A stretch of DNA of 32,000 nt from Patescibacteria group bacterium (lineage in GTDB: Bacteria; Patescibacteriota; Patescibacteriia; 2-01-FULL-39-33), in NCBI GenBank assembly GCA_041649575.1, contig JBAZMW010000001.1, forward strand, positions 30,001 to 62,000, in the 5' to 3' direction. The notes under the pieces were generated by a model. It was not told the DNA's origin, ran no database searches, and saw only the letters and a program-made list of their open reading frames with translations. This document shows, in pieces, positions 1 to 6,980 of the stretch. Within the stretch, counting starts at the first letter, position 1. Each line of letters starts with the position of its first letter. The translations under genes were made by a program, and so were the position numbers.

Positions 1-908
1 TCATTAGTGGCGAATAAAGTTTCCTTTAGTTCGCCAAAAACATTATAAACCCTTGCCAAGACCTGCTTCTTTTTTACCACTTGCCCCGGCTTGACTATAA
101 AACGGATAATGCCGGAAGTAGAGACAACCGGCTGGTGGGAGTATTTTAAAATTTTATTTCTTAATTTTGGCGGTATGGAGAAGCCAAGGTTGTTGTCGGA
201 TTCCTTGCTCATACCCAATTCTTTTAGTAATTTGAAAATAGACTTAACTCCCTCGGCGACGATTTTTTCGTCAATAGTGTAGGCGCCACCCAGCTCAATA
301 GTCAGGGCCGGTATATTTTCTCTAATCAAGCTTCCAGAGAGAGTTTTTTTTAAAATTTTGTCTTCTTCCGGATCTTTGCCCTCATCAATAACCAAAAAAC
401 CAGTATGCAAGCTTAATTTTTTTGTTTTTTCGTAAGCTTCTCTATACTTATTCCCCGGGTAGGGATCGATGATGGTGTAAGGGATCGACTGAAGCCAGTC
501 GTTGTGCAGATCCAAAACCAAGTTGGGCTTGGTTTTTAAAATAGTGGTAAAAATTTTGTCGGTAATCCTTTCAACCAGAGAGCCATTTTTATCGCCGGGA
601 AAAGAGCGGTTCAAGTCTTCTTGCACCACTCCCAGATTGCGAGAAACCATTTCAAAGCCCACCGGGTTCATTAAAGGAAAAGCAAAAAGAGATCCCCTGA
701 GCAGCGGTCTGTTTTTTATTTTTTTGAAAACTTCCTGAATAACAGCGATGCCGCCCACTTCGTCTCCATGAATGCAACCGGTAAGCCAGACAACCGGTCC
801 GGGATTTTTGCTTTTGGCCGACATTAAAGCCAGGCGCCTGTAAGATAAATCGGAGCCAGTTAGTATTTTAATAAAAGAATGGTTTATTTTTTGCTTAGTT
901 TTTTTCAT
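1..908 (-). CDS. AstE/AspA-family (succinylglutamate desuccinylase/aspartoacylase-like) zinc hydrolase; N-terminus in window, C-terminus runs off the left edge (partial)
   Basis: Absent from the supplied ORF track because no stop lies inside the window. The complement of 906-908 is ATG. Hand translation of the minus strand gives MKKTKQKINHSFIKILTGSDLSYRRLALMSAKSKNPGPVVWLTGCIHGDEVGGIAVIQEVF...LFAFPLMNPVGFE...QEDLNRSFPG...NLVLDLHND...ALTIELGG..., open to position 1. The HGDE and DLH metal-ligand motifs and NRSFPG are family hallmarks (recalled, not searched). Confidence 0.75.
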   Translation of the reverse strand, partial: MKKTKQKINHSFIKILTGSDLSYRRLALMSAKSKNPGPVVWLTGCIHGDEVGGIAVIQEVFKKIKNRPLLRGSLFAFPLMNPVGFEMVSRNLGVVQEDLNRSFPGDKNGSLVERITDKIFTTILKTKPNLVLDLHNDWLQSIPYTIIDPYPGNKYREAYEKTKKLSLHTGFLVIDEGKDPEEDKILKKTLSGSLIRENIPALTIELGGAYTIDEKIVAEGVKSIFKLLKELGMSKESDNNLGFSIPPKLRNKILKYSHQPVVSTSGIIRFIVKPGQVVKKKQVLARVYNVFGELKETLFATN

Positions 909-922
909 AAGATTTGTCTTTA

Positions 923-931
923 ATAGTAGCA
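923..931 (-). promoter_or_regulatory. Candidate extended -10 promoter (TGcTACTAT on minus strand) for the AstE/AspA-like gene
   Basis: The reverse complement of 923-931 reads TGCTACTAT, 14 nt upstream of the ATG at 908. It follows the same TGnTAnnnT grammar as other promoter candidates in the window. Confidence 0.35.
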
Positions 932-936
932 TTTTT

Positions 937-995
937 TGCTATTTTTGTCCAGAACTTCAGCTAAAGTTGAAAAAAACAAATTTTTATGGTAATTT
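937..995 (+). promoter_or_regulatory. Candidate leuS promoter region (two weak extended -10-like boxes)
   Basis: TGcTATTTT at 937-945 and TGgTAATTT at 987-995 lie in the 112-nt divergent intergenic region. Neither is a strong match. Confidence 0.2.
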
Positions 996-1020
996 TAAAA
1001 ACATAACGGTTAATTTTACT

Positions 1021-4000
1021 ATGTCTACTTATAAAGAGTTTTTAGATGGTGACGGTGAAAAGAAGTGGCAAGACTATTGGGAGCAAAAAAAATTATTTGC
1101 GGCCAATGATTTTGACGACCGGCCCAAGTATTATGCCTTGATAGAATTTCCTTATCCTTCGGCCGAGGGTTTGCACGTAGGTCATCCGCGCAGTTATACC
1201 GCGCTTGATATTGTGGCTAGAAAAAGACGGATGCAGGGTTTTAATGTGCTATACCCAATTGGTTTTGACGCTTTTGGACTACCGGCAGAAAATTTTGCTA
1301 TCAAAACCGGGACCCATCCGAAAATTCAAACCGATAAGAATATCGACAATTACCGTCGACAACTCAAATCGATCGGTTTTTCTTTTGATTGGGACAGGGA
1401 AGTCAATACGACCGATCCCAAGTATTACAAATGGACGCAGTGGATTTTTTTACAGCTGTTCAAACACGGCTTGGCTTACAAAGCGGAAGTGCCGATTAAT
1501 TTTTGTACCTCTTGCAAGGTAGGTTTAGCAAATGAGGAAGTGGTGGGTGGTAATTGCGAACGTTGTGGCGGTGAGGTGGTCAAAAAGATTAAAAGCCAGT
1601 GGATGCTAAAAATCACCGACTATGCCCAGCGGTTGGACAAAGATTTAGACCAGGTAGATTTTTTGGAAAAAATAAAAATTCAGCAACGGAATTGGATTGG
1701 CAAGAGCGAAGGAGCGGAAGTTGATTTTGCAATTAGTGGTAGTGAGGAAAAAATAAAAGTCTATACTACTCGGCCGGACACTTTGTTTGGCGCGACCTAC
1801 ATGGTGCTTTCTCCAGAGCACGAGCTGGTACAAAAATTAAAGGATAAAATTAGCAATTTTCAGGAGGTCGAAAATTATCTTAGTGAGGCGGCCAAGAAAT
1901 CTGATTTGGAACGCACTGAACTCAACAAAGAAAAAACCGGCGTGGAGTTAAAAGGAATTAAGGCGATAAACCCAGTTAATAATGAAGAGATTCCGATTTG
2001 GATTTCCGACTATGTGTTGGCCGGTTATGGCACGGGAGCGATTATGGCTGTGCCGGCACATGATGAGAGAGACTTTTTATTTGCTTTGAAATATAATTTG
2101 CCGATTATCCAAGTTGTTGAATCATCAGATAAACAAGATGTTATTAATATTAATATTCATGATGATGATCGGAGCGACACGGTTGAAAAACTAAGATTGT
2201 TGGCAATAGATAGTGAGCCAGTGGCACCGACTATACGGCGGTATCATTTTTCCACTGAAAAACTAAATTCTTTAATGGATATTTTAAAAGGTAATAAGGT
2301 GGGGAAAGAAGATGATTATAAGTTGATAAAAAAAGCAGTTAATTTTACTTTATATACAATCGAAGATAAGACGGAGATCGTTTTTACAAAAATATTTACC
2401 GGTGATGGAGTACATATAAATTCTGATTTTTTAAACGGCTTGGGTCTGACAGATTCCCTGGCCGAGATTATAAATTGGTTGGAAAAAAATAAATGTGGTA
2501 AAGGCGCTACTATTTACAAACTGCGTGACTGGGTATTTTCTCGCCAGCGTTATTGGGGCGAACCGATTCCTTTGGTCTTTTGCGAAAACTGCAAGAACAA
2601 GAAACAGAAGGCGTTGCTAATTCACGGTTTTGAGGGCACGGGTGATGGCAATTGGTTTGCTTGGATTAAACAAGAATTAGAGAAAGCTGGTTTTGAGGTA
2701 TTCAACCCGACGATGACCACCTCGGAGCATCCGGTGTTGGAGCAATGGTTTGAGGAATTAATGCCGTTTGTCGAGCAGATGGGCGAAGATGATATCATCG
2801 TCGGTCACAGCTTGGGCGCTAAGGCGGCTTTGCATTTGATAGAGAAAGCGGGCAAGAAGTTTAAGGCCTTGTATTTAGTGGCGCCGGTGCTAAATGCGGC
2901 TTCTGACAAGGAATATGATTTATTATCTGAAAAATGGCAGGGCTCGGACATTGATTTATTAAAAAAGTTTTCTTCGGAGCCGTATGATTTCAGAAAGATC
3001 AGTGATTTAGTAGAAAGTAAAAATGTTATTTTTTCCGATGATGATCCGTATATAAGAGTTGAGTCAAAAAATATTTTGCCGGCTGGTTGGAATAGACAAG
3101 TGTGGAATGGTTTTGGGCATTTTCAGAATAAAGAGATTTCCGAGTTGTTAAATTTAATTTCCAAGAGCAAAAATACCGGCTGGGTGGCTTTGCCGGAAAT
3201 AGAGTTGCCGTTGGTTTTGCCGGAAATAAAAGAATTTCAGGCTGGCGACGACGGCGAGTCGCCATTATCCAAAGAAACAAAATGGGTGGCAACCACTTGT
3301 CTGAAGTGTGGCGGATCGGCCAAGCGGGAGACCGACACTATGCCACAATGGGCGGGCAGCTCTTGGTATTTTTTGCGCTACATCGATCCGCAAAATAATG
3401 TGGCTTTTGCCGATGAGAAAAAGCTTAGTTATTGGACACCAATAGATTGGTATAATGGCGGCATGGAGCATACGACCCTACATTTGTTGTATTCTAGATT
3501 TTGGCACAAATTCTTGTTCGACTTAGGATATGCGCCGACAGCTGAGCCTTATGCCAAGCGTACTAGTCACGGCATGGTTTTGGGCGAGGGTAGCGAGAAG
3601 ATGAGTAAGAGCCGCGGCAATGTGGTCAATCCTGATCAGGTGATCAAGGATTGTGGCGCCGATACTCTAAGAATGTATGAGATGTTCATGGGCCCATTTG
3701 ATCAGGCGATTCCCTGGGACACTAAGGGCGTGCTGGGCGTGAGAAGGTTTTTAGAAAAAGTGTGGTTGTTTTTTGGCGATGAGAAAAATATTACTAAAGA
3801 GGCTGATGAGGAGCTAGAAAGAGTGTTAAATAAAACAATTAAAAAAGTAGGCGAGGATATTGAGACGATGCATTTTAATACCGCTGTTTCAGCGATGATG
3901 ATTCTCGTCAATAAAATAACGGAGAAGAAGTCGGCGACTAAAGAAATTTTGGAAAAATTTCTGATAATATTGTCGCCATTTGCACCGCATTTGACGGAAG

Positions 4001-4269
4001 AACTGTGGGGCCGACTAGGACATCAGAATAGTATCGCTTTGGAAAAGTGGCCGGCTTATGACAAAGTGTTAATAAAAGATGAGCAAGTGGAAATAGTGGT
4101 GCAAGTCAATGGTAAGGTAAGAGCTAAAATTTTGGTGTCGGCCGATATTTCGGAGGGTGAAGTAGTGGAGTTGGCTGGGCAGAATGAGAATGTTAAAAAA
4201 TATTTGGAAGGGCAGCAAATTAAGAAAACGGTCTTTGTGCCGGGCAAATTGATTAGTTTTGTGGTTTAA
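1021..4269 (+). CDS. leuS: Leucyl-tRNA synthetase (class I), unusually long because of two in-frame insertions
   Basis: ORF track gives 967..4269; I prefer the ATG at 1021 (MSTYKEF...) to the TTG at 967. Motifs present: HIGH-type HVGH (GLHVGHPRSY), ZN1 knuckle CTSC...CERCG, editing-domain TTRPDT and AVPAHDERD, RDWVFSRQRYWGEPIP, KMSKS at 3598-3612, and a LeuRS C-terminal domain. Confidence 0.95.
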   Translation: MSTYKEFLDGDGEKKWQDYWEQKKLFAANDFDDRPKYYALIEFPYPSAEGLHVGHPRSYTALDIVARKRRMQGFNVLYPIGFDAFGLPAENFAIKTGTHPKIQTDKNIDNYRRQLKSIGFSFDWDREVNTTDPKYYKWTQWIFLQLFKHGLAYKAEVPINFCTSCKVGLANEEVVGGNCERCGGEVVKKIKSQWMLKITDYAQRLDKDLDQVDFLEKIKIQQRNWIGKSEGAEVDFAISGSEEKIKVYTTRPDTLFGATYMVLSPEHELVQKLKDKISNFQEVENYLSEAAKKSDLERTELNKEKTGVELKGIKAINPVNNEEIPIWISDYVLAGYGTGAIMAVPAHDERDFLFALKYNLPIIQVVESSDKQDVININIHDDDRSDTVEKLRLLAIDSEPVAPTIRRYHFSTEKLNSLMDILKGNKVGKEDDYKLIKKAVNFTLYTIEDKTEIVFTKIFTGDGVHINSDFLNGLGLTDSLAEIINWLEKNKCGKGATIYKLRDWVFSRQRYWGEPIPLVFCENCKNKKQKALLIHGFEGTGDGNWFAWIKQELEKAGFEVFNPTMTTSEHPVLEQWFEELMPFVEQMGEDDIIVGHSLGAKAALHLIEKAGKKFKALYLVAPVLNAASDKEYDLLSEKWQGSDIDLLKKFSSEPYDFRKISDLVESKNVIFSDDDPYIRVESKNILPAGWNRQVWNGFGHFQNKEISELLNLISKSKNTGWVALPEIELPLVLPEIKEFQAGDDGESPLSKETKWVATTCLKCGGSAKRETDTMPQWAGSSWYFLRYIDPQNNVAFADEKKLSYWTPIDWYNGGMEHTTLHLLYSRFWHKFLFDLGYAPTAEPYAKRTSHGMVLGEGSEKMSKSRGNVVNPDQVIKDCGADTLRMYEMFMGPFDQAIPWDTKGVLGVRRFLEKVWLFFGDEKNITKEADEELERVLNKTIKKVGEDIETMHFNTAVSAMMILVNKITEKKSATKEILEKFLIILSPFAPHLTEELWGRLGHQNSIALEKWPAYDKVLIKDEQVEIVVQVNGKVRAKILVSADISEGEVVELAGQNENVKKYLEGQQIKKTVFVPGKLISFVV
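2593..3177 (+). other. Alpha/beta serine-hydrolase domain (YdeN/RBBP9-like) nested in-frame inside LeuRS
   Basis: About 195 extra residues lie between CENC (2581-2592) and the canonical GWVALPEIELPLVLPE...CLKCGG (CLKC at 3298-3309). They contain LLIHGFEG, the nucleophile elbow GHSLG (2803-2817), FSDDDPYI (Asp codons 3037-3045) and GFGHF (His 3118-3120), in Ser-Asp-His order. Confidence 0.7.
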
Positions 4270-4291
4270 AATTAAATTTTTTAAAAATAAA

Positions 4292-4323
4292 GCGCGTTTG
4301 CCATCCTCCGGTGGCAAACGCGC
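4292..4323. terminator. Bidirectional rho-independent terminator between convergent leuS and the island operon
   Basis: A perfect 12-bp stem, GCGCGTTTGCCA (4292-4303) / TGGCAAACGCGC (4312-4323), has an 8-nt loop. An A-rich run lies upstream (read as TTTATTTTTAA after the stem on the minus strand) and GTTTAAGTTTA lies downstream on the plus strand. Confidence 0.7.
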
Positions 4324-4359
4324 GTTTAAGTTTATAGTACAGGTTGGGTAAAGAGCTGG

Positions 4360-5415
4360 TCAGAACCGAAGCAGGAACTGAAGCTGGCCTTGATCTGGCG
4401 TCTTCGGCTCCAGCGACCAGTAGTAGCCGGCCTTGACTGACACGATGTCCCGATAGAGGAAGACCTCTGCGGTGGCCCCGATGCTGGTGTCGGTTTTGTC
4501 CGGGCTGTTTCTGGCTACCTCGGCAGAAGTCACCTGGCCGTTCTTGCCGACGGAGGTCACGATTTCCGTCCAGTACTTGGGCAGCTGTCGGTTATACATC
4601 GCGATTCCAGACAGTTTGGCTTGGCCGTCAAACAGCTCGCGGCCAAGCAGTAGGTAGCCGCCGACTTGATTGCTGATGTGGTCGTCGCTGTAGTTGGAGC
4701 CGTCCACCTCTACGCGGCAGAACCAGGGCTTGGGTCGCCACTCGAGGAAGCCGCCAAGTTTCAGGAAGTCGTCGCAGACCTGTCCGGTGATGCCCAAGCA
4801 GCCTTGATCCAGTTTGCGTTTGAGCATGAATGACGACTCCAGGCGATCAAACAGCTTGGAGCTGTCGAAGGCCTCACCTGATCGGCCGGTGACATCCCAT
4901 AGCGCGGTCCAGACATCGCTTTCCCAGCGTAGTTGGACACCAGGAGCGTAGCTGCTGAAGGGGATCGAGGCGGGAAAGAAGGGCAAGTCCCACTTGAATG
5001 GTCCGATGATGGGGTTGCCGAAGCCGCAGGCTAGCGTAAAAAGTCCGCCGCGTAGTTTCAGCCGGCCATCAAAGCCGATTGGCGTTTCCAGCCAGGCTTC
5101 GCGCAACCAATTGCCGCTGGTGTCTTCCTGCAAGTCGGCTAGCTCCAGTACCAGGCCGAAGGCCATCTGGCGGCCTTGGAGCTTGGTGTTGATGCGGGTC
5201 ATCTGCCAAACAGCGTCGGTGGCGTTGTCTTGTAGTTTGATGACCCCGCTAGTCCAGCCCCAGGTGGTCCAGGTCCAGTCGTCGTCCAGTTGAACGGGCG
5301 GAATCAGCCGGAGCTGTTCGGGCAGGTTCTGGGTTGGCGCTTTGGCGGCTTCCTCGGCCCAGACCGGTAGGGTTATTGTAACTGCCAAGATCGAAATCAT
5401 TCTCACGTACTTCAT
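4360..5415 (-). CDS. Secreted outer-membrane-beta-barrel-like protein, foreign composition (351 aa)
   Basis: ORF track. Signal peptide MKYVRMISILAVTITLPVWA/EE. Aromatic- and Gly-rich sequence with alternating hydrophobicity. The C-terminus LQFLLRF has hydrophobic residues at 0, -2, -4, -6 and a terminal Phe, like an OMP beta-signal. AAGGAG lies 7 nt upstream of the ATG (complement of 5423-5428). G/C-ending codons dominate (GAC, TTC, ATC, AAC, TAC). Confidence 0.7.
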   Translation of the reverse strand: MKYVRMISILAVTITLPVWAEEAAKAPTQNLPEQLRLIPPVQLDDDWTWTTWGWTSGVIKLQDNATDAVWQMTRINTKLQGRQMAFGLVLELADLQEDTSGNWLREAWLETPIGFDGRLKLRGGLFTLACGFGNPIIGPFKWDLPFFPASIPFSSYAPGVQLRWESDVWTALWDVTGRSGEAFDSSKLFDRLESSFMLKRKLDQGCLGITGQVCDDFLKLGGFLEWRPKPWFCRVEVDGSNYSDDHISNQVGGYLLLGRELFDGQAKLSGIAMYNRQLPKYWTEIVTSVGKNGQVTSAEVARNSPDKTDTSIGATAEVFLYRDIVSVKAGYYWSLEPKTPDQGQLQFLLRF

Positions 5416-5942
5416 GGCGCTTCTCCTTCTTTGGTTAAGGCTCGAGCTATAACTCTAACAACCCTCTGAGCCAGCATATATTCTGAGCAGCTAACCCAGA
5501 GGCTATCGGCAACGATGATGTTACTGCCATTTCCGACCAGCTGGAAGCTTAGTTGTATTCCTCCGTGCTGATATTGCGAGGTGCCAGTTATCAGCTTGGC
5601 ATTCACTGGCAAGGTTGTACGGTTTTCCCAGAGATCATTGGCCTCTTTGTCGTTGAGGTAGGAGACTTCGGCGTTGGCCTCTCTCAACTGATTGATGATT
5701 GCTGTCTCGACAGCTTTCGCCGTCTCATGTTGCGGGTCGCTCTCATTGCTGGCTCGGATTACCACCAAGAACTGCTGACCCTTTAGAGCGGCGAGTTGGC
5801 GTTCTTCTATTCTGGCCTGCTGGCAGTGGGCTTCATACAGGCAGTAGGCCAAATACCCGATACCCACCACAGCCGCGCTGGCTAGGATAGCGCCCAGTGT
5901 CGCAGCACTACCTAGCAGCATCCATTTGTATTTCTGGTTCAT
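5412..5942 (-). CDS. N-terminally membrane-anchored protein of unknown function (176 aa), first gene of the foreign island
   Basis: ORF track gives 5412..5978 from a GTG. I prefer the ATG at 5940-5942 (MNQKYKWMLLGSAATLGAILASAAVVGIGYLAY...) because GAGGGAG lies ~8-10 nt upstream. There is a single TM helix followed by a ~120-aa soluble domain. The stop overlaps the downstream start as ATGA (5412-5415), suggesting translational coupling. GC is high. Confidence 0.65.
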   Translation of the reverse strand: MNQKYKWMLLGSAATLGAILASAAVVGIGYLAYCLYEAHCQQARIEERQLAALKGQQFLVVIRASNESDPQHETAKAVETAIINQLREANAEVSYLNDKEANDLWENRTTLPVNAKLITGTSQYQHGGIQLSFQLVGNGSNIIVADSLWVSCSEYMLAQRVVRVIARALTKEGEAP

Positions 5943-6024
5943 GATTCTGTCTCTCCCTCGGGTTTTCAAGGTTCGCACCCTAGTTGTCTTTCCGAGACAA
6001 GTTTACCGCCATGGTAAACGGCTA

Positions 6025-6053
6025 ATTCTAACAAGGCGATAAAAAACTGTCAA
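6025..6053 (-). promoter_or_regulatory. Sigma70-type promoter for the island operon (TTGACA-17 nt-TAGAAT on minus strand)
   Basis: The complement of 6048-6053 is TTGACA and the complement of 6025-6030 is TAGAAT, with an exact 17-nt spacer (6031-6047). Confidence 0.5.
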
Positions 6054-6057
6054 TCTG

Positions 6058-6086
6058 TTGACGAAAATCGACAACTATGATATATT
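6058..6086 (+). promoter_or_regulatory. Sigma70-type promoter for the TrmB-family regulator gene (TTGACG-17 nt-TATATT)
   Basis: TTGACG at 6058-6063, a 17-nt spacer, and TATATT at 6081-6086, 27 nt upstream of the ATG at 6114. Its -35 box lies back-to-back, 4 bp from the -35 of the minus-strand promoter. Confidence 0.5.
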
Positions 6087-6113
6087 GAGTATAGAAAATT
6101 TTAAATTAGATCT

Positions 6114-6917
6114 ATGTTGCAAGATATCCTAAAAAATTTAGACATTCCTGAAACCACTAGTCGGGTTTATCTTCGGCTTTTGGAAAACGGCGCCAGTTCC
6201 GCCCGGCAACTGGCGGAAAATCTTAATATTCCCAGGCCGTCAATTTATGACAATTTAAGAGTTTTAATTAGCTTAGGACTGGTGACGGAAATTGACCAAG
6301 AAAATAAAAAGTTATTCAAAGTAGATGATATAAAAAACCTCTCACATTTACTGATTGGCAAAATTTCTAATTTGCAAAAGCAGGAGAAGGAGCTTAAAGG
6401 AATTATTCCCAAACTAAGTGTTTCCAACGATTATTTTGAACCAAAAATTAAATTCTATAGCGGGCCGGACGGCGTACGGCGAGCGGTTAATGATATTTTG
6501 TGGTATGAAGATATTATAACTTTGTGCACCTGGCCTATCAGTGAAATGCTCGAGGTCTTGGGCGCGGATTGGCTGGCCGAGCATAATAAAAAAAGAATCC
6601 GCAAAAAAATTGCTCTGCGCACCATTTGGCCATCAGATAAAGCTGTTAAATTCAAGCAGTATCCTTTTTTGGGTGTCGGCAAGGAGTTCTTGCGCGAGAT
6701 TCGACTGGCGCCCAAGGGCATGAGTTGGAATATGGGTTATTGGCTTTACGCCGACAAGGTTTCTTTTATTTCTTCGCGTAAAGAGAGTTTTGGTTTTACA
6801 GTCACCAGTCGCGATTTTACCGAGCTGATAAAATCGCAGTTTGAACTGGTCTGGCCGCTGTGCAAAAAAGTGGTGGTCGACCCCAAAGACACAGCCTCGT
6901 TTTTGAAATATATCTAA
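6114..6917 (+). CDS. TrmB-family HTH transcriptional regulator (267 aa)
   Basis: ORF track. The N-terminal winged-helix segment ETTSRVYLRLLENGASSARQLAENLNIPRPSIYDNLRVLISLGLVTE matches the TrmB HTH pattern. The size is typical for TrmB with a C-terminal effector domain. Confidence 0.8.
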   Translation: MLQDILKNLDIPETTSRVYLRLLENGASSARQLAENLNIPRPSIYDNLRVLISLGLVTEIDQENKKLFKVDDIKNLSHLLIGKISNLQKQEKELKGIIPKLSVSNDYFEPKIKFYSGPDGVRRAVNDILWYEDIITLCTWPISEMLEVLGADWLAEHNKKRIRKKIALRTIWPSDKAVKFKQYPFLGVGKEFLREIRLAPKGMSWNMGYWLYADKVSFISSRKESFGFTVTSRDFTELIKSQFELVWPLCKKVVVDPKDTASFLKYI

Positions 6918-6940
6918 AACTTTATTTTTCAGACCGGTTT

Positions 6941-6949
6941 TGCTATAAT
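6941..6949 (+). promoter_or_regulatory. Extended -10 promoter TGCTATAAT for lemA
   Basis: An exact TGnTATAAT lies 31 nt upstream of the ATG at 6981. There is no good -35. Confidence 0.45.
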
Positions 6950-6980
6950 TCATCTCAATATTAATAAATTAAAAAAATCT

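Noticed and set aside
91-738. Plus-strand ORFs 91-282 and 502-738 from the track
   Set aside because: They lie antisense to a much longer minus-strand frame with clear AstE/AspA-family motifs. The track missed that frame only because it has no stop in the window.
2593-3177. The LeuRS insertion as an intein or other self-splicing element
   Set aside because: The junctions lack a Cys/Ser/Thr nucleophile plus a terminal His-Asn, and there are no endonuclease (LAGLIDADG/HNH) motifs. Instead the insert has a complete alpha/beta-hydrolase signature.
5970-5980. GGTTCGCACCC, resembling a tRNA T-loop (GGTTCGAATCC), at the island edge as a possible tRNA remnant or integration site
   Set aside because: No complementary T-stem, acceptor stem or other tRNA arms can be drawn around it.
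4328-6005. A 7-bp direct repeat AAGTTTA (4328-4334 and 5999-6005) flanking the high-GC island as possible att/target-site duplication
   Set aside because: It is too short and AT-rich to distinguish from chance. No integrase or transposase is present. I note it only as something to re-examine if related empty sites become available.
6049-6062. The palindrome GTCAATCTGTTGAC as a dedicated operator
   Set aside because: It is fully explained as two opposed -35 hexamers of divergent promoters. A regulatory role is possible but not required.
6245-6953. Minus-strand and alternate-frame ORFs overlapping the TrmB-family gene (6245-6427, 6455-6721, 6541-6723, 6633-6953)
   Set aside because: They have no motifs or start signals, and the sense frame carries a clear TrmB HTH.
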